NCBI GenBank assembly: GCA_045603585.1 | Contig: JAZUMK010000013.1 | Span: forward strand, 45,914-109,913 | From: Clostridia bacterium | GTDB taxonomy: Bacteria; Bacillota; Clostridia; Christensenellales; CAG-138 | Length of the DNA: 64,000 nucleotides | Direction: 5' to 3' | Shown here: positions 1 to 9,079 of the stretch, piece by piece | Position numbering within the stretch: the first letter of the stretch is position 1 | How the letters are laid out: every line of letters starts with the position of its first letter | Program-made: the position numbers and the translations under genes | The notes under the pieces: generated by a model | Told to the model about the DNA's origin: nothing | What the model saw: only the letters and a program-made list of their open reading frames with translations | The model's database searches: none

Positions 1-1
1 A

Positions 2-112
2 AATATTACCCTGATGAATGCCTGCACGTACGAAGATAAAAATATGTTCTTTTCACACCGAAGGGACAAGGGTATAACCGGCTCCATGGCCGCCTTTATC
101 ACGCTGGTATAA
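2..112 (+). CDS. 3' end of a YfiH/PgeF (DUF152, laccase-domain) family protein; the 5' part lies outside the window
   Basis: Frame-2 translation ...NACTYEDKNMFFSHRRDKGITGSMAAFITLV* resembles the typical C-terminus of this family (CT..FFSYRRD..TGR). Confidence 0.45.
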   Translation, partial: NITLMNACTYEDKNMFFSHRRDKGITGSMAAFITLV

Positions 113-134
113 TCACCAATAATTGCTTGCAATG

Positions 135-178
135 AACGTCCCCTTTTGTGCCATGCTAGGGTAAAAGGGGACGTTTTT
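135..178 (+). terminator. Rho-independent terminator
   Basis: Perfect 13-bp stem AACGTCCCCTTTT / AAAAGGGGACGTT (135-147 / 163-175) running into a T-run. Confidence 0.7.
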
Positions 179-757
179 ATGCCTGAATATATTGCAATAA
201 TCATATGTGTTTTTATACTTGCCGCCACAGGCGGGCTGAAAGCCGTGTGCGGTGCCGTGGGAATAAGCCTGTTCGGAGTGTGCTATACTCTGATATGCGT
301 TATTGCCATGTCTGTATTTTATATAAGAATAGGCGTGGAAATAAGCATAAATCTCGGCGCGGCAGTTTTGATATGCCTGCCGGGAGCGCTGATGAAAAAG
401 CAAAACAGCGAGGCTTATGGGGTCGGTGCGGTGATGCTTACGGCAATAATGATCGCCCTGCTGAAGCATCGGGGGATGATGTATGGGGCGGACAGCGGTT
501 TGCTGTGCGGCCTTATGGCGGGAGCTTCGGCGTTGGCGATGTGGGATAATCCCGTATGCGCAGTTTGCTCAGCGGGGTGCATACCGGTGATCGTATCCGT
601 CATTGGTTCCTTTTTATCCCTTGCATTTTCCGGATACGCCGCTGTGGAAATAGGACATGATACAATAGCTGCCCAGCTTATTGCTTTAAGCATAAGCTTT
701 GCCGTAATCTGGATACGCAGCCTGCAGCCCCAAAATGCTCCGGCAGAAAAAAACTGA
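179..757 (+). CDS. Hypothetical polytopic membrane protein
   Basis: Hydrophobic ORF (MPEYIAIIICVFILAATGG...) with several predicted TM segments. ATG 179 was chosen within track ORF 146..757. The start lies immediately after a terminator, so expression is uncertain. Confidence 0.5.
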   Translation: MPEYIAIIICVFILAATGGLKAVCGAVGISLFGVCYTLICVIAMSVFYIRIGVEISINLGAAVLICLPGALMKKQNSEAYGVGAVMLTAIMIALLKHRGMMYGADSGLLCGLMAGASALAMWDNPVCAVCSAGCIPVIVSVIGSFLSLAFSGYAAVEIGHDTIAAQLIALSISFAVIWIRSLQPQNAPAEKN

Positions 758-773
758 ATATAAGACATTTTTT

Positions 774-803
774 AACCGCCGTTATACATCGGCGGTTTTG
801 TGT
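774..803 (+). terminator. Rho-independent terminator
   Basis: Stem AACCGCCG / CGGCGGTT with an 8-nt loop, followed by TTTTGTGTT. Confidence 0.6.
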
Positions 804-831
804 TATACCTATGAACTATTTCATAGGTATA
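804..831. promoter_or_regulatory. Perfect 12-bp inverted repeat just upstream of the spoIIIAA RBS
   Basis: TATACCTATGAA (804-815), a 4-nt spacer, then TTCATAGGTATA (820-831). The GGAGGA RBS follows at about 840. Confidence 0.4.
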
Positions 832-852
832 TATAGAAACGGAGGACAAGGT

Positions 853-1695
853 ATGGAGCGGAGCTGTCTTAATGTACTGCCAAGGGGAATAAAAGAGCGG
901 GTAAGCGAGCTGCTCAGGCAGGATGATGAGGAAATCAGAATATCGGCAGACAGGCCGGTCCTGATTATGGGGCAAAGCAGGAGAAAGCTGGATATCATCA
1001 CCACGGCAAAAGACTGCGAGGACCTGCTGGAACTTATATGCGGTCATTCCGTATTTGCCCATGAGGAGGAGCTGAAGGGTGGGTATATCACCCTTGAAGA
1101 TGGCTCCCGCGTAGGTATGGCGGGGAAAATGACAGCGGCAGGCATGACCATGCCCCATAGCTTTAATATACGTATCGCCAGACAGGTAAATGGAGCGGCG
1201 GATGGTTTTTTAAGGCACATTCTGCAGGGCGGACTGCATAGTGCGCTGCTGGTATCAGAGCCAGGGGCCGGTAAAACAACGGTGCTGAGAGATACGGCGA
1301 GACAGCTTTCGGGATTGGGATATAAGGTGGGAATAGCGGATGAGCGGGGGGAAATATCAGCCCCGGTAAAAGGCATACCGGAGCTTGACGTGGGATACGG
1401 AGACGTGATATGCGGCTGCGGCAAGGCGGTGGGCATGACAATGCTGATACGGGGGATGTCGCCGGAGGTACTGATAACCGACGAGATAGCGGCCGATGAG
1501 GACGCAGCCGCGATATTGGATGCATCTGCATGCGGAGTAAAGGTTATAGCCAGCGCCCATGGCAGCGGCAGCGGCATACTTAAAAGGCCGGGCATAAGCA
1601 GAGCGATACAGGAAGGCGCATTTGAGAAGATCCTGCTGCTGAAAGCAGAGTATGGCAGCAGAAGCATATCTGACATAACCGGGGAGGTATTATGA
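853..1695 (+). CDS. spoIIIAA: Stage III sporulation protein AA (ATPase)
   Basis: Walker A motif EPGAGKTTVLRD, first gene of an eight-gene spoIIIA-ordered operon. GGAGGA RBS precedes ATG 853. Confidence 0.9.
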   Translation: MERSCLNVLPRGIKERVSELLRQDDEEIRISADRPVLIMGQSRRKLDIITTAKDCEDLLELICGHSVFAHEEELKGGYITLEDGSRVGMAGKMTAAGMTMPHSFNIRIARQVNGAADGFLRHILQGGLHSALLVSEPGAGKTTVLRDTARQLSGLGYKVGIADERGEISAPVKGIPELDVGYGDVICGCGKAVGMTMLIRGMSPEVLITDEIAADEDAAAILDASACGVKVIASAHGSGSGILKRPGISRAIQEGAFEKILLLKAEYGSRSISDITGEVL

Positions 1696-2192
1696 GGATA
1701 ATGGGAGGATTGGCGGCCTTTATAATATGCATGCTTATGGGCTGGGGCAAGGCTTCGGCTTTTAAGATGAGGGAAGATATCATGTTTGCCTTTTCCGCAG
1801 ATATACAGGCATTGGCCGTGGAAATGGAATACCGCCCCCGCAATATAAAGGACATGGTGTGCATGCTTGAACAAAGCAGCCTGAATGAATTCTGGCGGAT
1901 GTTTTCCGATGGGATAGATGCTTCCCAAAGCGCGGAACAGGCATGGCGGCATGCAGTGCAGGAGTATAAGGGATTTGATGTGCTGAATAACGATGAACGT
2001 TTGCTTATAGCGGAGGCGGGCCGCCTGATGGGACGGCAGAATATGCAGGACTGTATAAGCTCATTGAAACAGCGAAGCATTGAGGCGGCAAAGCGGGCGG
2101 AAAGGATAAATTGCGAATGTGCAGGCAAGGGAATGATATACCGCAGGCTGGGCCTGCTGGGGGGGCTTGCCGTTATGCTGCTGATTGTATAG
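1692..2192 (+). CDS. spoIIIAB: Stage III sporulation protein AB
   Basis: Operon position, ~166 aa, N-terminal TM segment, and an ATGA start/stop overlap with spoIIIAA. Confidence 0.85.
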   Translation: MRIMGGLAAFIICMLMGWGKASAFKMREDIMFAFSADIQALAVEMEYRPRNIKDMVCMLEQSSLNEFWRMFSDGIDASQSAEQAWRHAVQEYKGFDVLNNDERLLIAEAGRLMGRQNMQDCISSLKQRSIEAAKRAERINCECAGKGMIYRRLGLLGGLAVMLLIV

Positions 2193-2202
2193 GAGGATGG
2201 GG

Positions 2203-2400
2203 ATGGATATTGAACTGGTATTGCGTATTGCAGGCATAGGAATATTGGTAGCCGTGATATGCCAGCTGCTTAAACAGACAGGGCGGGATGACATTGCAAT
2301 GCTTGCTGCCCTTGCCGCATTGGTACTTACTCTGAGCCTTGTGGTTGGAGAAATAGGGCAGCTGCTTGATCAGGTAAAGCGCATATTCGGGCTTTACTGA
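2203..2400 (+). CDS. spoIIIAC: Stage III sporulation protein AC
   Basis: Small two-TM protein MDIELVLRIAGIGILVAVICQLLKQTGRDD... typical of SpoIIIAC. AGGAGG RBS lies upstream. Confidence 0.85.
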   Translation: MDIELVLRIAGIGILVAVICQLLKQTGRDDIAMLAALAALVLTLSLVVGEIGQLLDQVKRIFGLY

Positions 2401-2795
2401 TGGAAACAGATATGCTGAAGCTTTCGGCTGTTGCGATTATCGCTCTGTGTGCCGTGCTGATACTGAGAAAGTATCGGGAGGAGCTTGCCATGCAGGTTGG
2501 CCTTGCTGCGGGAATAGTTATACTGTCAATGGCGGTAAAAACCGCAGGGGAAATATCCTCAATGGCCAACGGCATGATGGAAAGATACGGATTGGATCCT
2601 TTGGGGATGAAATCAGTAGCAAAGATGATCGGCATTGCGTATATAGCTCAGTTCAGCGCGGATACGTGCAGGGATTGCGGAGAAAGCTCTCTTGCAGGGA
2701 AGGTGGAGCTGGCAGGCAGATTGATGATGGTCACGGCGGCAATTCCCCTGATAACATCCACCGTGGAAGCAATAGGAGGGCTTATGGGACAATGA
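2400..2795 (+). CDS. spoIIIAD: Stage III sporulation protein AD
   Basis: 131-aa multi-TM protein in the SpoIIIAD position. Its start overlaps the spoIIIAC stop. Confidence 0.85.
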   Translation: METDMLKLSAVAIIALCAVLILRKYREELAMQVGLAAGIVILSMAVKTAGEISSMANGMMERYGLDPLGMKSVAKMIGIAYIAQFSADTCRDCGESSLAGKVELAGRLMMVTAAIPLITSTVEAIGGLMGQ

Positions 2796-3904
2796 AATGG
2801 ACAATATTGCTGCTGATGCTCATTTTGCTGCCGGGTATTGCAATGGCGGAGGAAGTGATAAGCGTACCGGCGGTGGAATACGATATAAGCCAATGGGAGC
2901 AGGCATGGCAGAATTTGCCGCTGGAGGTAAAAAGCTTGTTTGGCGGTATGTCAATAGGGCAGATACTGGAAAGCTATCGCAGCGGTGCAGCAGGAATAAT
3001 TGACGTACAGGGGATAAAAAAAGCGTTTTTATATGGTTTTAAAGAGGCCTTTGGAGCAATAGGGGCGCTGATTGGAGCGGCAATTATCATGGGATTGCTG
3101 GATATAATAATTGGCGGCAAAGAGGGGATAGGGGAAATGCTGCTGTTTTGTATAATGGGGCTTTGCATATCATCCATTACAAAGGCGGTATACAGCCAAT
3201 TTTCACAGGCTGCGGAAACCGTGAACGGAATATCCAGAATAACCGAGATGACCTCACCTGTGATGATGACACTTGTGGCTGCCTGCGGCTCTGCAAAGAC
3301 AGCCGCATCCTTGCCCGGGATAATATTGCTATGCAACGCCATAACAAATGGATTTAAAAAACTGGTTATGCCGCTGATACCAATAATGTGCGGGTTTACG
3401 GCGGCATCCTGTATAACAGGACAGGGACAGCTGAAAGCCATGGCAGATCTGTTGAAAAGCGTGATTAAATGGAGCATGGGAATGGCATTTGCGTTTTTTC
3501 TGGGGTCGGTCAGCATACGCAGCCTTAATGCATCCGGGCTGGACAGGGCGGGAATCAAAGCGATAAAGTACGCATTTGACAAATCCGTTCCTGTGGTGGG
3601 CGGTATGATATCCGGGACCTACGACGGTCTGCTGGCGGGGGCGGTGGTTTTAAAGAACGCGGCCGGCACCGCAGCGGTAATTTTGCTGATATTGTCTGCG
3701 CTGACTCCCGGGATAGCAATGCTGTCCACCATATTTGCGCTGAAGATCACCGGGGCGGTTTGCGGACTGTTTTCGGATAAGCGGATATCCGGAATGCTGG
3801 AAGGAGCTGCGGAAAGCTGTACATATATGTTTGCGGTTGCGGCAACGGCGGCGCTGATGAATCTTATAACCATATCCGCAACGCTTATTGCATCGGGGAT
3901 ATAA
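2792..3904 (+). CDS. spoIIIAE: Stage III sporulation protein AE
   Basis: MKWTILLLMLILLPGIAMA signal sequence followed by a polytopic membrane domain. ATG 2792 overlaps the spoIIIAD stop. The upstream part of track ORF 2447..3904 is an out-of-gene extension. Confidence 0.85.
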   Translation: MKWTILLLMLILLPGIAMAEEVISVPAVEYDISQWEQAWQNLPLEVKSLFGGMSIGQILESYRSGAAGIIDVQGIKKAFLYGFKEAFGAIGALIGAAIIMGLLDIIIGGKEGIGEMLLFCIMGLCISSITKAVYSQFSQAAETVNGISRITEMTSPVMMTLVAACGSAKTAASLPGIILLCNAITNGFKKLVMPLIPIMCGFTAASCITGQGQLKAMADLLKSVIKWSMGMAFAFFLGSVSIRSLNASGLDRAGIKAIKYAFDKSVPVVGGMISGTYDGLLAGAVVLKNAAGTAAVILLILSALTPGIAMLSTIFALKITGAVCGLFSDKRISGMLEGAAESCTYMFAVAATAALMNLITISATLIASGI

Positions 3905-3906
3905 GC

Positions 3907-4080
3907 ATGGATACCATAAACAATACTGCGATAAAAATAGTTGCGCTTTTTTCATGGGTCTGCATATTAAAGCTTATGCTGCCGGTCGGCACGATGAAGC
4001 GCAGCGCGGCAAAAGCTGTGGACATAGCAGCTATGCTGTCCCTCATAAGAATAATATCGGGAGTACTGCCAAATGGCTGA
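3907..4080 (+). CDS. spoIIIAF: Very short SpoIIIAF-like membrane protein (57 aa)
   Basis: Below the track's apparent ~60-aa size floor, so absent from it. Translation MDTINNTAIKIVALFSWVCILKLMLPVGTMKRSAAKAVDIAAMLSLIRIISGVLPNG* resembles the SpoIIIAF N-terminal TM region and occupies the AF slot. Confidence 0.55.
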   Translation: MDTINNTAIKIVALFSWVCILKLMLPVGTMKRSAAKAVDIAAMLSLIRIISGVLPNG

Positions 4081-4633
4081 AGAGAGAAGAAAACCAATAA
4101 TAGAAAAATTAGCGCTGAAGCTCAAGCAAAACAAAAAGCTGGAGCTTGGGGTTTACGGCGGTCTTGCGCTGCTTTGCCTGCTGCTTTGCATACCGGAGCG
4201 GAATGAAAGAAACGAGGCTGAGCTTCAGCCTGCGGCAGCCGCAGCGGAGGAGGATGAGCTGGAGCGGCGGCTGATGGATACGCTCAGCTGCGTGCGGGGA
4301 GCGGGCAGGGTAAAGGTGATGATAACCTACGATACCGGCACGGAAATCGTACCTGCCATGAATACCGATGTAACCTCCAGCGTAAGCGTATCCGGAGAAA
4401 ATCAGACGCTTACCGAGTCATCCTCTCCGATTACTGCTTATCAAGATGGAGAAAATCAGGCAATAGTTCTTATGGAAAAGCAGCCTGTGGTAAGGGGCGT
4501 TATTGTTGTGGCGCAGGGAGCCGCGGATATATCCGTAAGGCTGAAGCTTCAGGCTGCGGTGCAGGCAGTATTGGGAGTAGAGGCTGATAAGGTGGAGGTT
4601 TTGGAAATGGGAATGCAGGAAATGGAGGATTGA
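4073..4633 (+). CDS. spoIIIAG: Stage III sporulation protein AG
   Basis: N-terminal TM segment, acidic linker, and the C-terminal ...VVRGVIVVAQGAADISVRLKLQAAVQAVLGVEADKVEV typical of SpoIIIAG. Confidence 0.85.
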   Translation: MAEERRKPIIEKLALKLKQNKKLELGVYGGLALLCLLLCIPERNERNEAELQPAAAAAEEDELERRLMDTLSCVRGAGRVKVMITYDTGTEIVPAMNTDVTSSVSVSGENQTLTESSSPITAYQDGENQAIVLMEKQPVVRGVIVVAQGAADISVRLKLQAAVQAVLGVEADKVEVLEMGMQEMED

Positions 4634-4637
4634 CAAA

Positions 4638-5141
4638 ATGAAGCTTATCAAAAAGTATCTGGTGCTGGCGGTTGTGGCGGTGCTGTTTGCCGGGGCTTTT
4701 GTGCTGAACATTATGGCAAACGGAGACAGTACTGAAAGTGAAGCCGATGTATTTGAGGAAGCTATGGCTGAGGATGCAGAGCAGACCGTACCCGCAGATT
4801 ACTTTGAAACCTTTCGCAAGGACAGGGAGGAGGTAAGAAAGCTGGAGATGGAATACCTTGACGAGGTGATTGCCGCATCCGCTTCGGATCAGGAGACCCT
4901 TGGAGATGCGCAAAAGCAAAAGCTTGCATTGGTGGATAATATGGAGAAGGAATTTACCATAGAAAGCATGATAAAGGCCAAGGGCTTTGAGGATGCGGCG
5001 GTAACCTTCCATTCGGGAACGGTAAACGTGGTAGTAAAGTGCAGCGAGCTTAATGAGGGTCAGGTGGCCCAGATATTGGATATCGTCAAAAAGGAAACGG
5101 GGGAGCCGGCCAGGAATATCAAGGTTATGGCAGGACAATAA
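4638..5141 (+). CDS. spoIIIAH: Stage III sporulation protein AH
   Basis: N-terminal TM segment, YFETFRKDREE... region, last gene of the operon. Confidence 0.85.
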   Translation: MKLIKKYLVLAVVAVLFAGAFVLNIMANGDSTESEADVFEEAMAEDAEQTVPADYFETFRKDREEVRKLEMEYLDEVIAASASDQETLGDAQKQKLALVDNMEKEFTIESMIKAKGFEDAAVTFHSGTVNVVVKCSELNEGQVAQILDIVKKETGEPARNIKVMAGQ

Positions 5142-5231
5142 TGTATAAAATGCAAATAAATAAGTATTCGCTATGCATGAAAGACAAAATCTGGTATAAT
5201 ATCATCAGAAAAGTATAAGGAGGCATATGTC

Positions 5232-5651
5232 ATGGCAACTGAAGAAATCATTTCCATGGAGACCATCGATATACAGGGCGGCAAGATCACCTTTGCTCCC
5301 GAAGTAATCGCCACCATCGCCAGCCTTGCTGCCAATGAGGTAGAGGGCATTGAAGGCATGAGCGGTACTGTTGTAGAAGGCATCACCGGTATGCTCAACA
5401 AAAAGAACATCACCAAGGGCATCAAGGTTGAAATAAACGAAGATACCGCCGTTATAGACGTTAACGTTATCCTCAAATATGGATATAAGATCCACGAGGT
5501 ATCTATTGCCCTGCAGAAGAATATCAAGACCACCATCGAAAACATGACCGGCCTTAATGTTGCTGCGGTCAATGTGTTTGTTCAGTCCATCGCCTTTGAT
5601 AAGCCTGAAAAGAGCGAAGTAAAGCCCAAGGCAGAGGCAGAGATCGAATAA
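5232..5651 (+). CDS. Asp23/Gls24-family alkaline shock protein
   Basis: GKITFAPEVIATIASLAANEVEGI motif. AAGGAGG RBS lies 8 nt upstream. Confidence 0.85.
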   Translation: MATEEIISMETIDIQGGKITFAPEVIATIASLAANEVEGIEGMSGTVVEGITGMLNKKNITKGIKVEINEDTAVIDVNVILKYGYKIHEVSIALQKNIKTTIENMTGLNVAAVNVFVQSIAFDKPEKSEVKPKAEAEIE

Positions 5652-5688
5652 CAACAGCAAAAACATACACAAGAAAGGTATCATACCT

Positions 5689-6237
5689 ATGAAACCAAGG
5701 ATAATTGACAGGCTGCTGCTCATACTGCTGATGCTGGCAATTTTTGCGCTGGGTCTTGGCTTGCTGGCCATTTCTCTGGGCTTTGTTCCTATGAACATAG
5801 TAACGGATATAGTATCCTTCCCCTATCAGAGTGCCCGTAACGGCTGGATAACGGCAGGCGTTGGCCTGGTGCTCGTGCTTTGGGCCGTAAGGATGATAAT
5901 CGGCTTTAACAGGCGCGCAAGGAAAACCGGCCCCGCTACCGCCATAATCGCAAAAACCGAATTTGGCACCTCCACCATCACTTTGGCTGCCATTGACGAA
6001 ATGGTAAGGAGGCATTGCTCCGCAAACGAAAAGATCCTCAAGCAGGACAGCATGATATCCGTAAAGGATAACAACCTTGTGATAAACCTCAAGCTCAATC
6101 TTGCAGAGGATGCAAACGTGCCCGAGACCACCGCTGCCCTCCGCGAAAGCCTTACCGCATATATCCAAAACCTTACCGGCATAAAGGTTGGGGATATCAG
6201 CATGATGGTATCCACCCTGCCCGAACAGCAGGCATAA
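5689..6237 (+). CDS. amaP: Alkaline shock response membrane anchor protein (AmaP-like)
   Basis: N-terminal TM helices plus a soluble domain, in the canonical Asp23-AmaP-DUF2273 order. Confidence 0.7.
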   Translation: MKPRIIDRLLLILLMLAIFALGLGLLAISLGFVPMNIVTDIVSFPYQSARNGWITAGVGLVLVLWAVRMIIGFNRRARKTGPATAIIAKTEFGTSTITLAAIDEMVRRHCSANEKILKQDSMISVKDNNLVINLKLNLAEDANVPETTAALRESLTAYIQNLTGIKVGDISMMVSTLPEQQA

Positions 6238-6257
6238 CCTATCAGGAGAGTACATAA

Positions 6258-6476
6258 ATGGAAGAACTTAAGGCATTGTTAAAGGAATACAAGTGGCGCC
6301 TTATCGGCATAGTGGCAGGCATAGTGCTGGCCGTACTGCTGTTTACAATAGGCTTATGGCGTACTCTGCTGCTGTTTGCGCTGGTAGCCCTGTGCTATGT
6401 GGTAGGCCGTCATCTGGATAACGGCGGCAAGGAAGAACTGGACAAGGCTATAAGCAGTCTGTTCAGAAAGAAATAA
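6258..6476 (+). CDS. Small integral membrane protein (DUF2273-like)
   Basis: 72 aa with two TM segments. Third member of the asp23 cluster. Confidence 0.65.
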   Translation: MEELKALLKEYKWRLIGIVAGIVLAVLLFTIGLWRTLLLFALVALCYVVGRHLDNGGKEELDKAISSLFRKK

Positions 6477-6492
6477 CGCCAAGAGGTATAAA

Positions 6493-6918
6493 ATGAGCAG
6501 AAAGACCGCGCGCGAAGTTGCCATGAAGCTTGCTTTTGCAAGGATGTTTGATGGCGAATGCGAAGAAAGTTATCAGGATGTGCTGGACAAGTCCGGCATA
6601 AGTGAAGCCCCCACCCAGGAGGATCTCTGCTATTCTCAGGAGGTTCTTAAGGGCATTGAGGAACATGTGGCTGATATAGATTCCCTTATAGACGAGCTTG
6701 CCATAGGCTGGCGCATAGAGCGCATGCCCAAGGTGGATTTGTCTGTGCTTCGTGTTGCCATATATGAGATGGTATACAGGAAGGATATCCCCTATGGAGT
6801 ATCCATAAACGAGGCTGTTGAGCTTGCAAAGCAGTTTGGCGGCGAGCGTTCCTCCGCATATATCAACGGTATGCTTGGTACTCTTGCCAAGCGTCTGGAA
6901 GGCGAGGCTTCTAAGTAG
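6493..6918 (+). CDS. nusB: Transcription antitermination factor NusB
   Basis: MSRKTAREVAMKLAFA... N-terminus, ~140 aa, conserved position upstream of folD. Confidence 0.9.
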   Translation: MSRKTAREVAMKLAFARMFDGECEESYQDVLDKSGISEAPTQEDLCYSQEVLKGIEEHVADIDSLIDELAIGWRIERMPKVDLSVLRVAIYEMVYRKDIPYGVSINEAVELAKQFGGERSSAYINGMLGTLAKRLEGEASK

Positions 6919-6958
6919 TCCTCGTATTTGGCGCGGACTGAAATATTGCAGTATGCTG

Positions 6959-6995
6959 AGCATCGTCTACGATACAGGGGACGATGCTTTGTATT
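6959..6995 (+). terminator. Rho-independent terminator after nusB
   Basis: 9-bp stem AGCATCGTC / GACGATGCT followed by TTTGTATT. Confidence 0.55.
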
Positions 6996-7028
6996 GAAAA
7001 GAGAAAAACATACAGAAGGAAAAAACAA

Positions 7029-7874
7029 ATGGGAAAGATAATCGACGGAAGAGCAGTTGCCGCAGAGGCCTGCACAAGTATAAATAGCAGGGTAGAGGCC
7101 CTTGTGGAGAATGGCGTGCAGCCCTGCCTTGCAGTTGTTCTGGTAGGCGATAATCCTGCATCCCGCGCTTACGTTGGCATGAAGGAAAAGAAAGCTGCAG
7201 AGCTTGGCATAAAGACCGTAGGCCATAAGCTTGCTGCGGATACCGCCGAAGCTGACCTGATAGCCCTTATTCATCAGCTTAATGAGGATGATTCTGTTCA
7301 TGGTATACTGGTTCAGCTGCCCCTTCCCGGACATATATCTGAGGAACGGGTGCTGCTGAATATTTCTCCCAAAAAGGACGTGGACGGCCTTCATCCCGAA
7401 AATGCAGGCATGCTGCTTACAGGCAGGGAGGGCTTTATTCCCTGTACTCCCAAGGGCTGCGTTATGCTGGTTGAAAGCACCGGAATGGATATCGGCGGCA
7501 AGCATTGCGTGGTTATCGGCAGAAGCAATATCGTAGGCAAGCCTGCGGCGCTGCTGATGCTTGCAAAGAATGCCACCGTTACCATGTGCCATTCCAGAAC
7601 CAAGGATCTTGGCGATTATACCAAAAAGGCCGATATTCTTATCTCCGCTGTTGGCGTGCCCAATCTTGTAACGGCGGATATGATAAAGCCCGGCGCGGTG
7701 GTTATAGACGTTGCACAGTGCCGCGTTGACGGTGCATGGAGAGGAGATGTGGACTTTGAGGCCGCTTTGGAAGTGGCGTCCCATATTACCCCTGTTCCCG
7801 GCGGCGTAGGCCCCATGACCATAGCTATGCTGATGGAAAATACTGTGGAGGCGGCAGAAAAGACCCTTGATTGA
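7029..7874 (+). CDS. folD: Bifunctional methylenetetrahydrofolate dehydrogenase/cyclohydrolase
   Basis: MGKIIDGRAVAAE..., ...HGILVQLPLP..., ...PGGVGPMTIAMLMENT motifs. Confidence 0.95.
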   Translation: MGKIIDGRAVAAEACTSINSRVEALVENGVQPCLAVVLVGDNPASRAYVGMKEKKAAELGIKTVGHKLAADTAEADLIALIHQLNEDDSVHGILVQLPLPGHISEERVLLNISPKKDVDGLHPENAGMLLTGREGFIPCTPKGCVMLVESTGMDIGGKHCVVIGRSNIVGKPAALLMLAKNATVTMCHSRTKDLGDYTKKADILISAVGVPNLVTADMIKPGAVVIDVAQCRVDGAWRGDVDFEAALEVASHITPVPGGVGPMTIAMLMENTVEAAEKTLD

Positions 7875-9075
7875 TAACGGCTACAGGTTTACTGTATCTC
7901 AGCTGAATGAATACGCAAACAGTCTGCTCAAAAGCGACAGCCTTTTGAGCCATGTTTGCGTATGCGGCGAAATAAGCGGCTTCAAGCGCCATTCCTCCGG
8001 ACATCTGTATTTTTCGCTGAAGGATGAGGGAGCCCTTATCCGCTGCGTAATGTTCAGGCAGAATGCATTTGCGCTGGATTTTTCCCCGCAGGATGGCCAG
8101 TCTGTGCTGATATACGGCAGCGTATCCATATATGCAAAGGATGGACAGTATCAGCTGTATGTGAATGCTATGGAGCGTCAGGGCGAGGGCGAACTGTATC
8201 GCCGCTTTATGCTGATGAAGACCCGCCTTGAGGCAAAGGGGTATTTTGCTCAGGAGCATAAAAAGCCAATACCCTATTTGCCCAAGTGCATAGGCGTAAT
8301 AACTTCCCCCACGGGAGCCGCAATACAGGACATAATAAACATAACCCGCAGACGCTTCCCCACAATGAACATACTGCTATATCCCGTAAGGGTACAGGGA
8401 GAGGGGGCAGCGGTGGAGATCGCCGAAGCTGTCAATGCCATGAACCGCATGAAAAAAGCGGACGTTCTGATAGTTGGCAGAGGCGGCGGAAGCATGGAAG
8501 ACCTATGGCCCTTCAATGAAGAAATCGTTGCAAAGGCCATATTTGAAAGCGAAATTCCTGTAGTAAGCGCCGTCGGTCACGAAACGGATTTTTCCATATC
8601 CGATTTTACCGCGGATTTGCGTGCGCCAACTCCTTCTGCTGCGGCGGAGCTGTGCGTTCCGGAATATGAGCGGCTGTATGGCGAGATCCTTGGCGCCCAA
8701 AGCTATATTTCAGAGCGCTGCCACAAGGAAATGGATTCACTTAAGCAGCAGCTTTCCGGCATACGGGATTCTGCGGCGTTCTCAATGACAAGGCACAGGG
8801 CGGAGCTGCTGAAGCAGGGGATAAAAGCCCGGCAGGAAAGCATGGGTATGGCTGTTCGCTCAGAGATAATCAATGCGCTTCATTCCATTGAAAAGCAGCA
8901 GTCGAGGCTCAGCGCCCTTTCTCCTGAAGCAGTGCTGGAGCGTGGTTACAGCCTTATCCGGCAGCATGGTGAATTTATAGGCAGCGCAGAGGAGCTGCAG
9001 GAAAATCAGCGGGCTTTGCTTATCATGAAGGACGGCAAAGCGGATATTACAATAGACAGCGTAAGCAGAGGATAA
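7867..9075 (+). CDS. xseA: Exodeoxyribonuclease VII large subunit
   Basis: FTVSQLNEYANSLL OB-fold N-terminus and GRGGGSMEDLWPFNEE motif. Uses a TTG start overlapping the folD stop. Confidence 0.9.
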   Translation: MIDNGYRFTVSQLNEYANSLLKSDSLLSHVCVCGEISGFKRHSSGHLYFSLKDEGALIRCVMFRQNAFALDFSPQDGQSVLIYGSVSIYAKDGQYQLYVNAMERQGEGELYRRFMLMKTRLEAKGYFAQEHKKPIPYLPKCIGVITSPTGAAIQDIINITRRRFPTMNILLYPVRVQGEGAAVEIAEAVNAMNRMKKADVLIVGRGGGSMEDLWPFNEEIVAKAIFESEIPVVSAVGHETDFSISDFTADLRAPTPSAAAELCVPEYERLYGEILGAQSYISERCHKEMDSLKQQLSGIRDSAAFSMTRHRAELLKQGIKARQESMGMAVRSEIINALHSIEKQQSRLSALSPEAVLERGYSLIRQHGEFIGSAEELQENQRALLIMKDGKADITIDSVSRG

Positions 9076-9079
9076 CAGT

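Noticed and set aside
2447-2791. N-terminal 115 codons of track ORF 2447..3904, which would make a 485-aa SpoIIIAE.
   Set aside because: This part overlaps spoIIIAD in another frame and translates to Arg/Gly-rich nonsense. The signal-peptide-like MKWTILLL start at 2792 overlaps the spoIIIAD stop.
3888-4100. 70-aa track ORF in the spoIIIAF slot.
   Set aside because: The product is basic and non-hydrophobic (MHRGYKHGYHKQY...). The alternative frame at 3907..4080 gives a SpoIIIAF-like membrane peptide.
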